From assembly GCA_028875055.1 (NCBI GenBank), contig JAPPGG010000023.1, positions 1,746 to 65,745 of the forward strand: DNA of 64,000 nucleotides, given 5' to 3'. This document shows positions 29,011 through 37,831 of the stretch, one piece after another (the stretch's first letter is position 1; every line of letters begins with the position of its first letter). A model generated the notes under the pieces. It ran no database searches. It saw only the letters and a list, made by a program, of their open reading frames with translations, and had not been told where the DNA came from. The position numbers and the translations under genes were made by a program. Source of the stretch: Chloroflexota bacterium (GTDB taxonomy: Bacteria; Chloroflexota; Dehalococcoidia; Lucifugimonadales; UBA3495).

Positions 29011-30243
29011 ATGCATTTCCTGGAACCCTGGCTGAGCGAGCTGGGCCTGGCATCGCAGGCCTGGCATCCGGTTATCGCCCTTTCCATTTTCCTGACTGGG
29101 GCGGTCGTTGCCTTCCTGTTCCACCAGGTTATCTACCCCATTGTCCTCAGGTTCACCAACTTCACCCCCACCAACCTCGACGTAAGCCTGGTCCGGGCCT
29201 TTCGCCGGCCGCTCGCCCTGGGCATTCTCATGGGGGGCCTCTACCTGGCGCTGGTCCTGTCCTTCGACTATTCCCCCGTCGTAAGGCATGCCATCGACCG
29301 CGCCGCCGGACTGCTCGCTCTCACCCTGGGCGTTTTCGCCGCCAGCGGCCTTGTCTCCGCCCTGTTCAACTGGTACTACGACGAGGTTGCTCCCCGTACC
29401 CCTACCTCCCTGGACGACCGGATCATTCCCATGCTCCGGCGCATTGTCATGGGCCTGGTCTATGCCATGGGCGGACTGCTGGTCCTCGACCTGCTCAACG
29501 TAAACATCAGCCCCATCCTGGCCAGCCTTGGCCTTGGCGGCCTGGCCGTGGCCCTGGCCCTGCAGCCCACCCTGTCCAACCTGTTCGCCGGCACCTACGT
29601 CATGACCGAGGGCGTCGTCAGCCAGGGCGACTACATTGAGCTGGAAAGCGGTGTAGCCGGCTATGTCATCGATGTGGGCTGGCGCAGCACCCGCCTCCGC
29701 ACCTGGACCAATAACCTGGTGGTGGTCCCCAACTCCCGTTTCGCCGAGACCATCATCACCAACTTCCAGGGACCCATTCCTGCGGTGAACATCTATCTGA
29801 CCTGCGGCGTCAGCTACGACAGCGACCTGCTCCTGGTGGAACAGGTCTGCCGGGAGGAAATGGACAAGCTGCTGGAGTCCGACCCCAGGGCGGTGAAGGA
29901 CTACGGCGCCTATTTCGCCTACGAGTCCTTCGACGATTCCAACATCACCTTCTATCTCTTCATCCAGGCCCGCGACCGCATCGCCAGCTTCGAGGTCCAG
30001 TCGGAGCTTATCCGCATGGTGCACCAGCGCTTCCTGGAAGAGGGCATAGTCATCAACTACCCCATGCGCACCATAAACTTCGCCGACAGTCACGGTCCCG
30101 CCGCCGATGCCCGGGCTGCCTCCCAGCGTCTCAGCGGCCCGGCCCCCGGCTCCCGCGAGGTCCCCGAGCGCAGGGAGGCGCCGGCCTCCAGCGTCGCCCA
30201 CGGCGACGGCGGCGACGGCCCCGATGGCCCCGACTTTGGCTAG
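29011..30243 (+). CDS. Small-conductance mechanosensitive channel (MscS family)
   Basis: LASLGLGGLAVALALQPTLSNLFAG, GDYI, VGWRSTRLRT..N..VVVPNS. Confidence 0.93.
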   Translation: MHFLEPWLSELGLASQAWHPVIALSIFLTGAVVAFLFHQVIYPIVLRFTNFTPTNLDVSLVRAFRRPLALGILMGGLYLALVLSFDYSPVVRHAIDRAAGLLALTLGVFAASGLVSALFNWYYDEVAPRTPTSLDDRIIPMLRRIVMGLVYAMGGLLVLDLLNVNISPILASLGLGGLAVALALQPTLSNLFAGTYVMTEGVVSQGDYIELESGVAGYVIDVGWRSTRLRTWTNNLVVVPNSRFAETIITNFQGPIPAVNIYLTCGVSYDSDLLLVEQVCREEMDKLLESDPRAVKDYGAYFAYESFDDSNITFYLFIQARDRIASFEVQSELIRMVHQRFLEEGIVINYPMRTINFADSHGPAADARAASQRLSGPAPGSREVPERREAPASSVAHGDGGDGPDGPDFG

Positions 30244-30259
30244 CGGTGGGCTGCCGGTT

Positions 30260-30444
30260 CAGGGCAATCCCGCCATAAGATGGCGTAGAGTTGCTGCTGG
30301 GAGTATTGTCACCCTGAGCCTGCCGAGGGGTCTGAAATTTCGGCTTGGAAAGCTGTTTGGGCCCCGGGTCAATGCCTCAACACTTACCTTGCAGGGCCTT
30401 CAGCTTCGCCGGGATTGACCCCCAATTAAGAGGCCATTGCCCTG
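30260..30444. mobile_element. MITE family A copy
   Basis: CAGGGCAAT / ATTGCCCTG termini with internal GTCACCCTGAGCCTGCCGAGGGGTCT. Confidence 0.7.
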
Positions 30445-30722
30445 GCGCCCGATTGTTCCGGTTGAATTCCCTTGTGCCAGCCCCCACCGGCGGCGTCCCT
30501 ACGGCTCCCCGGGCAAATTCCGGCCGCGTTTTCCCAGGGGTCGAGCTGGGAAATCGGCGCCTCGGTTCCCCTCGCCGTTCCCGGCTGCCGTGGCAAGGTC
30601 CGGCGCCCCCGGTGGCATCGGTAATTGGATGAATCTTTCCGGCAGCCATTTTGGCCGGTATTGGCGGAATTCGTAGTCGCCGAGCTTTCAAAGGAATGCC
30701 ATTCTTTCGTAAACTGCAATAG

Positions 30723-30751
30723 TTGACAATTGGAAAAAGAAGCATTATCGT
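30723..30751 (+). promoter_or_regulatory. Putative sigma70 promoter of the RdhA-like gene
   Basis: TTGACA-N17-TATCGT, 55 nt upstream of ATG 30806. Confidence 0.55.
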
Positions 30752-30805
30752 TCACTTCACCAATGTAACTTTTTGCCTGTCATGCAGAATTTTAGGAGGA
30801 GCAGT

Positions 30806-32083
30806 ATGCTGAAGATTGGGCACGAGGTTGTCCGTCCGGGCCGGAACCTGGGCGAGGCTGAAGTAACCATACCCATCCCCGAGGAATTGGAAACGGTTCC
30901 TGGTATCCCCATGACTTCGCGCGAAGTTGACTGGTACGCCCGCGAATATCCGCTGGAATCCATCAACATCACTGAGCGCGCTTCCCGCGACTGGGCTAAC
31001 ACCCTTCGCGACCAGCACGCCGAAATGCGCGAGATCCGGAAGGAGCACGAAAAGCTCAACCGGCCCTTGATCATGGCCTGCCGCATGACCGCCGATCTGG
31101 AGCCCACCGCGGAACCCACCGGCGAGGACATCAGCGAGCTGATCAAGACCAAGGCCCGTGAACTGGGCTTCGTCGAAGTCGGCATCACCGCCTTTGACCA
31201 TCGCTACACCTTCCAGAGCAAGAAGGGCAGCACGGTCTATTATCCCCATTTCGTCGCTCTTGCTTACGAGCAGGACTTCGAGCCCACCCAGACCATCCCC
31301 AGCGTTGACGCCGAGATCGTGCACTCCAGCACCTATCGGACCGAAGGCGCCGCGGCCCTGGAACTGGGTAACTACATCCGCAGCCTGGGCTACCACGCGC
31401 AGGTCATGGGCTCCGGCGACTCCGCCGGCCCGTACATCCCCATGCACGTCGCTGCTGGCACCGGTCAGCTGGGCGCATGCGGCTATCTGCTGACCCCCCA
31501 CGTCGGCTCCCGCTGCCGCCTGGTCGGTCTGACCACCGACGCCAACGTCAGCTATGACGAACCCGTGGACTACGGCATCCACGCTTTCTGCCAGGTGTGC
31601 CAGGTCTGCGTGAACCGCTGCCCCGGCCGCGCCCTCATGCGCGACAAGATCTGGTGGCGGGGAATTGAGAAGAACAAGCTCTACTTCAAGCGCTGCCGCC
31701 CCGTCATGGCCCGCTACCTGGGCTGCGGCATCTGCATGAAGGTCTGCCCCATCCAGAAGTATGGCCTGAAGAACGTCATGGACCACTATGCCGAGACCGG
31801 TCAGGTGCTGGGCAAGGGCACCCACGACCTGGAAGGCTACACCCTGGAAGGCAAGGGCTACTTCGGCCCCGGCGAAATGCCCGTCTTCGACGCCGCTTTC
31901 TTCGATATGCCCCACGGCGGCACCGACGAGCACGCTTTCGAGGTCTTCAAGCAGAGGGCCACGGCTGCCGGTGGCGAAGTCACCGAGGAAATGATGGCAG
32001 AACTGAAGGACGGGCTGGTCAAGTCCCTCTTCCAGGCCACCGACAACCTCGGCATGATGGACGAGGACGCCGACTACATCTAG
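30806..32083 (+). CDS. Reductive dehalogenase / epoxyqueuosine reductase superfamily cobalamin-[4Fe-4S] protein, no Tat signal
   Basis: AR.LG..EVGI; IPM.VAAG.G.LG..GYLLTP..G.R.RL..LTTD; FCQVCQVCVNRCP; C...GCGICMKVCP; AGGAGG RBS. Confidence 0.85.
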   Translation: MLKIGHEVVRPGRNLGEAEVTIPIPEELETVPGIPMTSREVDWYAREYPLESINITERASRDWANTLRDQHAEMREIRKEHEKLNRPLIMACRMTADLEPTAEPTGEDISELIKTKARELGFVEVGITAFDHRYTFQSKKGSTVYYPHFVALAYEQDFEPTQTIPSVDAEIVHSSTYRTEGAAALELGNYIRSLGYHAQVMGSGDSAGPYIPMHVAAGTGQLGACGYLLTPHVGSRCRLVGLTTDANVSYDEPVDYGIHAFCQVCQVCVNRCPGRALMRDKIWWRGIEKNKLYFKRCRPVMARYLGCGICMKVCPIQKYGLKNVMDHYAETGQVLGKGTHDLEGYTLEGKGYFGPGEMPVFDAAFFDMPHGGTDEHAFEVFKQRATAAGGEVTEEMMAELKDGLVKSLFQATDNLGMMDEDADYI

Positions 32084-32119
32084 TCCCTGTCCCCGGTCCA
32101 TTCCGGACCAGACCCGAAG

Positions 32120-32150
32120 AGGCCAGCATCCTTTCGATGCTGGCCTTTAC
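32120..32150 (+). terminator. Rho-independent terminator after the RdhA-like gene
   Basis: AGGCCAGCATC-CTTTC-GATGCTGGCCT-TTAC. Confidence 0.75.
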
Positions 32151-32307
32151 TTGTGCGCCCATTTACTGCCCCGCCCAGCTACTGACCCGATTTCTGATAC
32201 AGTCCGGCTACAGGAGCCACCGCCGGCGGTAGTCCCCCCGCGTCCGTAATCTGAAGGCGCTGAAAAATCTGATACCGCGAGAACAGAGCCAACCCCAGCC
32301 AGGCTGA

Positions 32308-35107
32308 CCGGCGGTACAACTACCCTGAAGTGATGGGGAGATAGTAGCCGTCAGTCCGGCAGAAGCCAGTATCCGGCATCCCGGGCCGCAATTGGGTTGC
32401 CTTGAACCAGCCAGTTCCAAATCCCGGCCGGCGCCCAACGCCGGCCAATGCCCAGGGCCCATCCCGCTGTTGCATCAGGTCAGTTGAAGCCCCTGGCACG
32501 GGCAGGCAAGGGTTCTGCCTGGGTTAGCAACCGGGCCCGTATTCTGTTCAAGGCCGGCGAGGGCTGGCTGGCGCCCAGGGTGGCTCAAGCGCTGGACGTG
32601 TCCCAGGGCACGGTGCTCCACGTCCAGCGGCGCTTCGCCGAGTGGAATTGGATGGGGCGCTGATGGACCGGCCACGTTACCACCGATGTGGAAGTAAGAT
32701 ACCAAAGCTTGGGAACGGTAGATAATGGTTTGCCTTAGTTGGAGAAGTCTGGTTGCTCTCTTATCGCTCTCTGTTCTGTCATTTCTTCTATCAGCCTGCG
32801 AAGGCGGTACCAGCATCCAGTTCGTTGAAATCAGCAGTGGGGAAAACCATACCTGCGCACTGCGCGACGACGGCACAGTCTCATGTTGGGGCCTGAACGA
32901 CTTTGGCCAGGCGTCGCCCCCTGCGGGTAAGCTCTTTGCCACTGTTGCCAGCGGTTCGTTGCATAGTTGCGGGATCACAAGAGATGGTTTCGTCAACTGC
33001 TGGGGTTCGGAGAACCTCGCGCCTGCGTATCCGGCGGAAGAGACGTTCGCGTCCATAGACGTGGGCTTTTTTAGCAGTTGCGGCATACGTGAGGACGGAG
33101 TGACATTTTGCTGGGGCGAGGTTTACGGCCATCCGGAAATGCTGGATGGTAACTACTCTTCTATCAGCAACGGCCCCTTTTTCCGGTGTGGACTACTTGT
33201 GAGCGGCGACCCAAGGTGTAGCGGTCTGGGTATTGACGGAAATCAGCTAACCCAGGGAGATTCAGTTCACGGAGAATTGACGCACATCAGCAGTGGATTG
33301 GCCCATGTTTGTGCGGTGAATGCGGAAGGAAGTCTGTTTTGTTAGGGCAATGATGAGTCCGGGCAGGCATCGCCCCCTCAAGGCAAGGAGTTTGTTTCGG
33401 TCAGCAGCGGTAGGGCCCACACCTGTTCGGTTCGGAAAGATAGCAGGGCGGTCTGCTGGGGGAGTAACGAGTTTGGTCAATCGTCGCCCCCTCAGGGGGA
33501 AGAGTTCTCATCAATCAGTAGCGGCGCAAACCACACATGCGGGCTTCTCACCGATGGCGAGATCATATGCTGGGGAAGCGACCTTCACGGGCAGTCGTCA
33601 CCCCACACGGAGATCGCCCCCCAGGCTGAAGTTGAGCAATCGTCGGTTACATTGCTGTGGCGCGTACCTTTTCCCGTCGAGGATGACTTGGCGTCGGCCC
33701 CGGTCGCCAGGGATGGCACCGTGTACGTAACCCAAAGAGACAACTCCCTGCACGCATTGGAGGCCCGAACCGGTCAGCTGAAGTGGAGCTATAAATCAGG
33801 TGGTTGGATTACCGCGTCGCCGGTCGTGGTTGAAGACGTCGTTTACGCGGGATCCTGGGATGGTTCCGTTTATGCCCTGAAAGCCGCAACAGGAGAGCAG
33901 ATTTGGAGACACAGGACCGAAGGCGAGGTCTCCGAGCCCCTGAAAGTCCTCGGAGGGTTCGTGTATTTGGTCGCGGATGATCAGGTCGTCGCATTGAATG
34001 CCCTTTCCGGCGAACTTGTCTGGGCCCAGAGACTGGATGGTCATGCCTCATTTTCTCCCTTATTGGATGGCCCAGTGGTATTCGTCGGTTCGTTAACGGG
34101 TGTTCTATACGCACTGGATGCCTCTACCGGGGACATACTCTGGCAACACAAGGCAAGTAGCGAGTCATACTCCATTTCCGCTGAAGGCGGCCAAGTTCTT
34201 GACCAGACCTTCTCGGAGCCTGCCGTGTCAAACGGGATCGTGTATCTGGTCACAGACAGCGGTACTGTTCGCGCTCTGGATTCAACCAATGGGGGAATGG
34301 TATGGGAGCACCAGATCTTACCCGGAGTTAGCCATCCGCCGGTCTTGGACGGTGACACTATTTACTTGGCAGGTCTATTTGAGGGCCCGCTCTACGCATT
34401 GGGCGCTCGTACCGGCGAACTGCTCTGGGAGAACGAAGAAGTGAGTGGGATTTTGCGCTTGGCCGCAAGTGAAGGACTGGTTTTCGCGTCCGGTCATATC
34501 GGCAGCCGAGGGCACGTATATGCCGTAGATGGCGGCACTGGTGAGGTGCGCTGGCGCTCCCCTGCCAGGAGCGCTCTCGACCCCTTCCTGGCCGACGGAA
34601 CGGTTTATGCCAGCTACGTTGATGGAACAGGAGAAAGAAATGTAACCGGGGTGTCTGCTCTGGATTCTGAAACCGGGGAAATCCTGTGGAGTTACCAGGC
34701 GAAAGTGGGTCTGGGGCAGCGCATGGCAGTGGCCGAGAATGTGGTTTACCTCACCCCCACTGAGAATTACCTGGACGGTCAGCTTGGCTACGTTGGCTGG
34801 TATCTTTATGCGCTTACCCACCCCTGATGTCTTACTGGCGGCGGCGGCGTGGCGCCTGGAGTTCCACTGCACCCCCCCAGGCCTGGCAGCTGGCTAAACG
34901 TGGCGAAGATCGAATTCAGCACGTTCTCCCGAAGTTGCCTCAGAAAGCGTGTCCCCGACGAGGATTCCCGATGCCGGAAAATTCATGCTTTGGAACACGA
35001 GAGAAACCAGGCTCAAGCCCGCATCAGCTGGCGCTTCGGCTTCCACGACGCTCGAACCATGCTCCATCGCCTCTATCCCATCATTTCCTGATTTGGTCGA
35101 GTACTGG
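32308..35107 (+). mobile_element. IS630-derived non-autonomous element carrying a passenger gene
   Basis: Transposase HTH fragment at 32448..~32700 (RARILFKA.EGW...AQALDVS..TV.HV.RRF; frameshifted LDGALMDRPR) and C-terminal fragment at ~34840..35089 (RLEFH.TP..GSWLNVAKIEFS...DAR..L.RLYP) flank the 32725..34827 gene. Confidence 0.75.
32725..34827 (+). pseudogene. Lipoprotein with 7 RCC1-like repeats + PQQ/BamB-like propeller, interrupted by in-frame TAG at 33343..33345
   Basis: Track ORFs 32725..33345 and 33652..34827 are in the same frame. The sequence between them encodes two more intact RCC1 repeats. The TAG sits at the W of a C-W-G motif (tgt tag ggc). Lipobox LLSAC. Confidence 0.85.
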
Positions 35108-35294
35108 CGGTACAACTAACCTGAAATGAGGGGGCGAAGATTGGCCGTTATGACGGCAGAAGCCAGTATCCGGTATCCCTGGCCGTAATTGGGTTGTCTT
35201 GAACCAGCCACTTCCAAATCCCGGCCGGCGCCCCGGCTCCGGCCAATGCCATGGGCACATACCTCCCTGGCATCAGTTCAGTTGAAGCCCCTGG
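35104..35294 (+). repeat. Second copy of the IS630 left end and 5' transposase codons (direct repeat of 32308..32496)
   Basis: About 190 bp, roughly 80% identical by eye (GCGGTACAACTA.CCTGAA...CAGAAGCCAGTATCCGG...CAAATCCCGGCCGGCGCC...CAGTTGAAGCCCCTGG). Confidence 0.85.
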
Positions 35295-36039
35295 TCCGTG
35301 AACGGTAGCCATAGAAGTTGTCCCCATCCCCGTCATGCTCCACGAACACGATGATGGACGAGTCGTCGCCCTGGCTCCACCTGGCCGTACCCGCGCATTC
35401 CACCCTTGAGGAGGTGCTGACGAAAACTCGCAGGTCATAGACCTTCAAAATGGCCACATCCTGCTCACGGCTCAACTCCATGCTCAGTTCCGCAACCGTA
35501 CTGCAGTTGGCGCCTCCCAGGACGTGACTCCGTAGAATAGAGTCTGCCCTCCCGGTGGTGTCCAGTTCCGCGAACGAGCCCAGCGGCGGTCGCTGCACGG
35601 CTGCGGGGTCCACCGGAGCGGCCGTCGGAACTTCCGCCTGCTGGATGATGACCGAAGGTGGCGCCGGGGTCGGATAGGGCGTATATGTCGGCTGCGGCGT
35701 GGGCGTGGCCGCCTCAGTGGGCGTGGGATAGGGAGTATAGGTCGGGTAGGGCGTCGCCGTCGGGTAGGGACTGGCCGTGGGCAATGGCGTACCCGTCGGG
35801 TATGGGGTGGAGGTCGGATAGGCCGTGGCCGTCGGGTATGGCGTATGGGTGGGCCAGGCAGTCGCCGTGGGGACCGCCGCCAGTTGATTGACTACTTCGG
35901 CCTGTACGGTGGCCTGTACATCCGGCAGCGGAGAGGCCGGCTCCGGTTCGGCGGCGCAGGCTATCGCCGCCCCGATCAAAGTCAGCGGAATCACAATCCG
36001 CAAAGCCCGGGCCAGTATCTTTACGTTAACTTTCAGCAT
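35278..36039 (-). CDS. Lipoprotein with PTxTPY hexapeptide stalk and small two-Cys C-terminal domain
   Basis: Lipobox AAIAC; about 11 PT(A/S/Y/G/H)TP(Y/L)-type repeats. Confidence 0.8.
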   Translation of the reverse strand: MLKVNVKILARALRIVIPLTLIGAAIACAAEPEPASPLPDVQATVQAEVVNQLAAVPTATAWPTHTPYPTATAYPTSTPYPTGTPLPTASPYPTATPYPTYTPYPTPTEAATPTPQPTYTPYPTPAPPSVIIQQAEVPTAAPVDPAAVQRPPLGSFAELDTTGRADSILRSHVLGGANCSTVAELSMELSREQDVAILKVYDLRVFVSTSSRVECAGTARWSQGDDSSIIVFVEHDGDGDNFYGYRSRTRGFN

Positions 36040-36244
36040 CTGAGAGCGTCCTCAACGGGTAGCATACTAGCAAGAAACTATAGCAGACCAGTCCACTTCT
36101 TACCTCGCAAACGGGCGCTGCCTTTTGGCCACTTTGGGGTAATGGCAGCAATTGATCCTCAGAATTGCCCGGATACTCCAATAATTCTTCAGTTCCAAGT
36201 GCCCCAATAACGTGAATCCTACAAATTAGGTGATTAACCACAGG

Positions 36245-36273
36245 TTGACAGGCACTGATAGTATTGATACTAT
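36245..36273 (+). promoter_or_regulatory. sigma70 promoter with overlapping operator palindrome
   Basis: TTGACA-N17-TACTAT; perfect inverted repeat ATAGTAT-TG-ATACTAT (36258..36273) covers the -10. Confidence 0.65.
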
Positions 36274-36340
36274 TACCTAGTAACAGGTTAACAGTACTAA
36301 GCACTATCGGCCAAATCGGAGAGAACGAAGGAGGAATACA

Positions 36341-36778
36341 ATGCCAACTGTAAGAGTCGACGATGAAGTTTACGAGTGGCTTCAGTCATTGGCGGTTCCG
36401 TTTCAGGATACGCCAAACTCTGTCCTGCGGCGGGTGGCAGGGCTAGATGAAACGCCTTTAACCCAAAAAGGAAATCTCTTGGACAAAACCATAAATGCAG
36501 ACGAGATTGGAGTTGAGGAAATAGTGCCTATTAGAGCAACTGGCAAAGAACTCAGTAAAATCTTTCAAATCGAAGGCGAGCAGAGCTTGTACAGTGACAC
36601 CGGAACCTTTTATGGAAACCTGACAAAGTTCCCAGGCGTTCTTTGGGATAGACACGGATATGTGAGATTCCTATCCGAGTCTGACTATAGAACGTCGCCT
36701 TACCTGCAGATAGGCAAAAGGTTAAATGTTCCCAATGGAGGAATAGCCTCCATCCCTGGGTACACTCGGGTCAGATAG
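36341..36778 (+). CDS. Hypothetical protein with SeqA-N-like (ribbon-helix-helix) N-terminus
   Basis: MPTVRVDDEVYEWLQSLAVPFQDTPNSVLRR resembles E. coli SeqA MKTIEVDDELY...ESASDILRR; low GC; GGAGG RBS. Confidence 0.7.
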   Translation: MPTVRVDDEVYEWLQSLAVPFQDTPNSVLRRVAGLDETPLTQKGNLLDKTINADEIGVEEIVPIRATGKELSKIFQIEGEQSLYSDTGTFYGNLTKFPGVLWDRHGYVRFLSESDYRTSPYLQIGKRLNVPNGGIASIPGYTRVR

Positions 36779-36854
36779 TTCGTAGCATACAAAAGCCTCT
36801 TGGTATCACACTATTGGGTGGCCCCCTGAGCAGCCGAAGCCATGTTACCGATTC

Positions 36855-36883
36855 TTGACCCGCGCCCTTGCTGCGGGTAGGAT
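36855..36883 (+). promoter_or_regulatory. Putative sigma70 promoter
   Basis: TTGACC-N17-TAGGAT upstream of the hydrolase gene. Confidence 0.45.
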
Positions 36884-36921
36884 TGTGCTGACAATCAGGC
36901 AAGCTTGGAGGCTACGCAAAC

Positions 36922-37701
36922 ATGCCCAATTACACCGAGGAATTCGTTGAGGTTGGCGGCTCAAAAGTTCAGCTGCGCAAGGGAGGCTCCGGCGATCCCC
37001 TGCTGGTGCTGCACGGAGCTGGCGGCAGCGGCGGCTGGCTGCGCTACCTCGACGCCCTGGCCGAACGGTTCACTGTTTATCTGCCTTCCCATCCCGGGTA
37101 CGACGAATCAGAGCGGCCCGAGTGGATGGAAAACATGCACGATATGGCCTGCTTCTACAACTGGTTCGTCGAGAGCCAGGGCATCCAGGGTTGCCGGGCC
37201 ATGGGATTTTCCATGGGCGGCTGGCTGGCCTCGGAAATGGTGGCCGCCGCCGGACCCGTCTTCAGCAAGTTGATGCTCGTGGCGCCGGTGGGCATCAAGC
37301 CCAATGAGGGCGAGATTGCCGATGTCTTCATCATAACCCCGGCCCAGGTTATCGAGTTATTGTTCCACGACCCGTCCCAGGCCCCCGAGTACGACCAGGT
37401 TTTTGGCCAGGCTCCCACCCCCGAGCAGATGGCCATATTGGAGCGCAATCGCGAAATGTCGGTGCGCATCTGCTGGAAGCCCTATATGCACAGCCTCAGC
37501 CTCGCCGACCGGCTTGCCCGCGTCAACATCCCCACCCGCATCCTCTGGGGCCGGGACGACCGGCTGGCGCCCGTCGAATGCGGCTCCCTGTACCAGCAGG
37601 CCATTCCCGGCTCCGAGCTGGTAGTAATCGAAAACTGCGGCCACCTGCCCCAGATGGAAAAGCCCGACGAGTTCCTGCAGGCGGCCAATTCGTTCCTTTA
37701 A
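36922..37701 (+). CDS. Alpha/beta hydrolase
   Basis: LHGAGG, GFSMGG nucleophile elbow, WGRDD, CGHLPQME. Confidence 0.92.
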   Translation: MPNYTEEFVEVGGSKVQLRKGGSGDPLLVLHGAGGSGGWLRYLDALAERFTVYLPSHPGYDESERPEWMENMHDMACFYNWFVESQGIQGCRAMGFSMGGWLASEMVAAAGPVFSKLMLVAPVGIKPNEGEIADVFIITPAQVIELLFHDPSQAPEYDQVFGQAPTPEQMAILERNREMSVRICWKPYMHSLSLADRLARVNIPTRILWGRDDRLAPVECGSLYQQAIPGSELVVIENCGHLPQMEKPDEFLQAANSFL

Positions 37702-37831
37702 CCGTCAACTGAATTTACGTGGATGGACGGTACGTACCGGATGAGATGGATTGAGGGCAACGTAACGGCGGCCCCGGGCCATCCCTGTCCTGCTGGACCT
37801 GCCCATCCATGTTTTACCTAGGAGGAGAGCT

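Noticed and set aside
30444-30805. Cobalamin riboswitch upstream of the RdhA-like gene
   Set aside because: No B12-box or GGGAA..GGTG.AA.TCC core was recognisable.
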